NCBI GenBank assembly: GCA_030167145.1 | Contig: CP126532.1 | Location: forward strand, 4,110,001 to 4,142,000 | From: Ktedonobacterales bacterium | GTDB lineage: Bacteria; Chloroflexota; Ktedonobacteria; Ktedonobacterales; JADMIN01 | Reading direction: 5' to 3' | DNA: 32,000 nt | Part shown: piece after piece, positions 27,880 to 32,000 of the stretch | How the letters are laid out: each line of letters begins with the position of its first letter | How positions within the stretch are numbered: position 1 is the stretch's first letter | The notes under the pieces: model-generated | Seen by the model: only the letters and a program-made list of their open reading frames with translations | What the model was told of the DNA's origin: nothing | The model's database searches: none | Translations under genes and position numbers: made by a program

Positions 27880-28126
27880 ATGCTCTACTCCTCAATAAAA
27901 AGGCTTCCGCTTCCTGATGGCAGGTGCGTTATGGATGCGCAGGTACGCAGGCAACGGGACGCCGGGAGATATGTCCATCGTCACATCCAGCGGACGGCAG
28001 GCGTGTCGGCGTCATCTTCCCTGTTAGAGTCGCAGCGGCGGCGGCGCGTTTCGCGAGTATTGCTCTATTGTACGTGATCTTGCTGGTGACGGTGAGGGTG
28101 GACCACATCGTAGACCCGTAGGCTGC

Positions 28127-28156
28127 TTGATAACCTGGGCGGCTGAGTCATATAAT
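28127..28156 (+). promoter_or_regulatory. Near-consensus sigma-70-type promoter for mnmA
   Basis: TTGATA - 18 nt - TATAAT. The track's mnmA ORF start (28127) coincides with the -35 box, which argues for the downstream ATG at 28220. Confidence 0.5.
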
Positions 28157-28219
28157 GCACTGTTGGCGCTGGATATGGGTGCCAGAGCACCAGGGAACAG
28201 GACAGGAACGGCACAGGAT

Positions 28220-29320
28220 ATGACGCGCGTGGTTGTGGGCATGAGCGGCGGGGTAGATAGCTCCGTAGCGGCGGCCCTGCTGCAGGAGCAGGGCTATGAT
28301 GTCGTGGGCATCATGCTGCGGCTATGGTCCGAGCCAGGGAGCGAAGAGGGCGACGGCGTCGAGAACAAGTGCTGCTCCCTGGAGTCGCAGTCAGATGCGC
28401 GGCGGGTGGCGGCGCAACTGGGCATCCCCTTCTATATCGTGAACGTCGAGCAGCCATTTCAAGAGCAGATCGTAGACTACTTCTATGATGAATATGCGGC
28501 AGGGCGGACGCCGAACCCGTGCCTGCGCTGCAACCGTTTCATCCGCTTCACGCTGCTGCTAGAGCGCGCGCTAGCGCTGGGCGCGGACTACCTGGCGACG
28601 GGGCACTACGTGCGCGTGGATAACGATCTGGCGACGGGGCTGCGGCGGCTGCGTAAGGGCGCGAGCGACGAGAAGGATCAGTCCTACGTGCTGCATGTGC
28701 TCTCGCAGCAGCAGTTGCGGCATGCGCTGTTCCCGCTGGGGGAGTACACCAAGCCGCAGGTGCGGGCGATGGCGGCGGAGCGCGGGCTGCCGGTGGCGAC
28801 CAAGGCAGAGAGCCAGGAGATTTGCTTCGTCGCGGCGAATGATTACCGGGGCTTCATGCGGCGCTATGCCGAATCTACTGGGCGTGCGCTGCCACAGGCG
28901 GGGCCGATTGTGGACGAGACGGGGAAGCAACTTGGCGAGCATGCGGGGCTGGCGCACTACACCATCGGGCAGCGCAAGGGGCTAGGCGTGAGTACACGCG
29001 AGCCGTTGCACGTGCTGAAGCTGGACGCGGGGCGCAACGCGGTGGTGGTGGGTCCGGCGCGGGCGCTGGAACGCGAGACGTTCACCGTGAAGGGCACGAC
29101 CTATACGGCGGGCGCGGCGCCGGTAGCACCGTTCGATGCCGAGGTGAAGGTACGTTACAAGGCGCAGCCGGTGGCGGCGCATGTGACCCCGCTGCCGGAG
29201 GGACGCGCCGAGGTGCGGCTGGCGCAGCCGCTGCGCGCGATCACGCCGGGGCAGGCGGCGGTGTTTTATGGCGGCGCGGCGGGTGAGGTGGTGCTGGGCG
29301 GCGGGCTGATCGAGGAGTGA
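28220..29320 (+). CDS. mnmA: tRNA-specific 2-thiouridylase
   Basis: The PP-loop GMSGGVDSSVAA, NPCLRCN, GADYLATGHY and KDQSYVL motifs are present. The resulting 366-aa length is typical. Confidence 0.93.
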   Translation: MTRVVVGMSGGVDSSVAAALLQEQGYDVVGIMLRLWSEPGSEEGDGVENKCCSLESQSDARRVAAQLGIPFYIVNVEQPFQEQIVDYFYDEYAAGRTPNPCLRCNRFIRFTLLLERALALGADYLATGHYVRVDNDLATGLRRLRKGASDEKDQSYVLHVLSQQQLRHALFPLGEYTKPQVRAMAAERGLPVATKAESQEICFVAANDYRGFMRRYAESTGRALPQAGPIVDETGKQLGEHAGLAHYTIGQRKGLGVSTREPLHVLKLDAGRNAVVVGPARALERETFTVKGTTYTAGAAPVAPFDAEVKVRYKAQPVAAHVTPLPEGRAEVRLAQPLRAITPGQAAVFYGGAAGEVVLGGGLIEE

Positions 29321-29508
29321 GGGTTTGGCATGCTCGCCCCCACGTGGGCATAGATAGCGATATAATACGCCTGTCATGTCGGTTACGGCTGAGTCGTGGG
29401 CGTGGGGTTCCACGGCTAGCCGTAGATTTACGATACGTGTGAAAGGAAGGCGTGACCGGCGCGGCGTCTCGCGGAATAGGGCGAGATGGCGGCCTCCGGC
29501 CCGCACCT

Positions 29509-31314
<1,806 letters not shown>

Positions 31315-31323
31315 AACGAGCCG

Positions 31324-31365
31324 GAGACAACAAAACAGGACCAGCCCGCGTCGACCGGTCCTGTT
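31324..31365 (-). terminator. Intrinsic terminator oriented for a minus-strand transcript (possibly bidirectional with lepA)
   Basis: The minus-strand RNA is AACAGGACC - 14 nt - GGUCCUGUU followed by UUGUUGU. In the plus orientation an A-tract precedes the stem but no U-tract follows it. The feature starts 10 nt after the lepA stop. Confidence 0.55.
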
Positions 31366-31571
31366 GCGTCCCACTGAGGTGAGTGGTGAAGCGGACGTTC
31401 CATGCGATGCATGGAGGCGAGGCCGTCGCAGCGCGCCTTCCCGTCCGCCGGGTCCACGGGTTATACTGAGCGGATCTCAAATGATTAGCCACGCATCTGT
31501 AAAACAGAGTCTTCTTTGCGCGGATCGAGGTCCGGAGTCTCAGACTTCCGTCTTCCCTGTTCTGCCCGCCT

Positions 31572-31664
31572 CTACGGGCACTCTCTGTCGATCTGATATA
31601 CCATTCCCAGTATCCGGATCGGCTTTTTCAGTTGGATGAAGATTGGCTCGTTCATCAAGAACAT
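31572..31664 (-). CDS. Candidate 30-codon small ORF (MFLMNEPIFIQLKKPIRILGMVYQIDRECP)
   Basis: It is below the track's size cutoff. GGAAAGGAGA lies 8 nt upstream of the ATG at 31664. It sits in a lower-GC stretch between a structured leader and the minus-oriented terminator. EPIFIQLKKPIRIL vaguely resembles a GntR N-terminus, so it could be a gene remnant. Confidence 0.3.
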   Translation of the reverse strand: MFLMNEPIFIQLKKPIRILGMVYQIDRECP

Positions 31665-31688
31665 AGGTTCGGTCTCCTTTCCCTAGTT

Positions 31689-31740
31689 CTCGAGGCACGT
31701 GGCTTTCGCCTTCAGGGTGTCCCCTTTCGGGAACACTCGA
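31689..31740 (-). other. Compact structured RNA element with two GAAA-tetraloop hairpins closed by a 5-bp helix
   Basis: The minus strand reads UCGAG-[GUGUUCCC GAAA GGGGACAC]-CCUGAA-[GGC GAAA GCC]-ACGUGC-CUCGA. The long hairpin has a G-U pair that would be a C-A mismatch on the plus strand, which favours minus-strand function. It lies immediately upstream of the strong SD of the small ORF. Confidence 0.35.
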
Positions 31741-32000
31741 AGCCTAACACACAAGACCCACTATGTCAAGCGTCTCTACGGCAGAGTTGGGAATCTGCGC
31801 GGAATGTGTGGCGACTGTGAGCCGGACCTGCACCCTACACAGCATGGAGTGCGGCAGGGCATGAGTTGCGGCATGGGCTGGCACGCGTTCCTTGACGTGG
31901 CAGCGGGCGGGGCGATACACTGTGCGCTGAATGACGATTGCCCTGGACAAACCAACGAGCAGAGGCTGATCGGGAATAGTACGCGAACGTGGACCCACAG

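Noticed and set aside
27880-28126. Calling a cobalamin riboswitch upstream of the YitJ-like gene.
   Set aside because: Only three short partial matches exist, and several obligatory conserved blocks, including a proper B12 box, are absent. It is reported as an unresolved leader rather than as a feature.
28140-29395. A shared 10-mer, CGGCTGAGTC, near the mnmA promoter (28140-28149) and upstream of lepA (29386-29395), considered as a common regulatory motif.
   Set aside because: Hundreds of identical 10-mer pairs are expected by chance in 32 kb, and the positions relative to the -10 boxes differ.
31744-32000. A TnpB/IS605 C-terminus with omega-RNA, or a group II intron domain V/VI, at the right edge.
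   Set aside because: None of the three minus frames shows a TnpB Zn-finger/RuvC-III pattern or RT/maturase motifs. The GAAA hairpin does not fit the 34-nt domain V with the AGC triad and bulge. The available sequence is insufficient.

Overview
This is a high-GC bacterial chromosomal window. The gene content and codon style look Chloroflexota-like, but that is only a guess. Most of it is housekeeping.

**Backbone genes**
- A minus-strand activated-methyl-cycle / methionine-salvage block runs promoter -> SAM-I riboswitch plus terminator -> mtnA -> PfkB kinase -> long leader -> ahcY -> metK -> terminator.
- Also present are a YitJ-like homocysteine methyltransferase/MTHFR fusion with a downstream ACT-domain gene, plus mnmA, lepA and ubiX.
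- GH1 and GH36 glycosidases, a cytochrome P450 and an alpha/beta hydrolase complete the set.

**Accessory content**
- An ECF sigma / zf-HC2 anti-sigma pair whose 5' sigma-2 region is tandemly duplicated (191 bp, 6 mismatches).
- A PIN toxin with an unusual antitoxin, and a DUF433/DUF5615-like pair that looks degenerate.
- A low-GC membrane-anchored orphan.
- A 377-aa all-helical TPR-like protein preceded by a possible small secreted peptide gene.
- A 1029-aa kinase / M23-like / class-III aminotransferase fusion.
- An edge-truncated membrane-tethered XRE regulator with a TolB-like propeller (1..1266, minus). It is absent from the supplied ORF track.

**What was not found**
I saw no rRNA, tRNA, CRISPR array or intact transposase. 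Most long ORFs in the track that lie antisense to these genes are Arg/Ala-rich shadow ORFs. I did not find a convincing complete novel multi-gene system. The findings below are hypotheses ranked by interest, and the riboswitch and the duplication are the best-supported observations.
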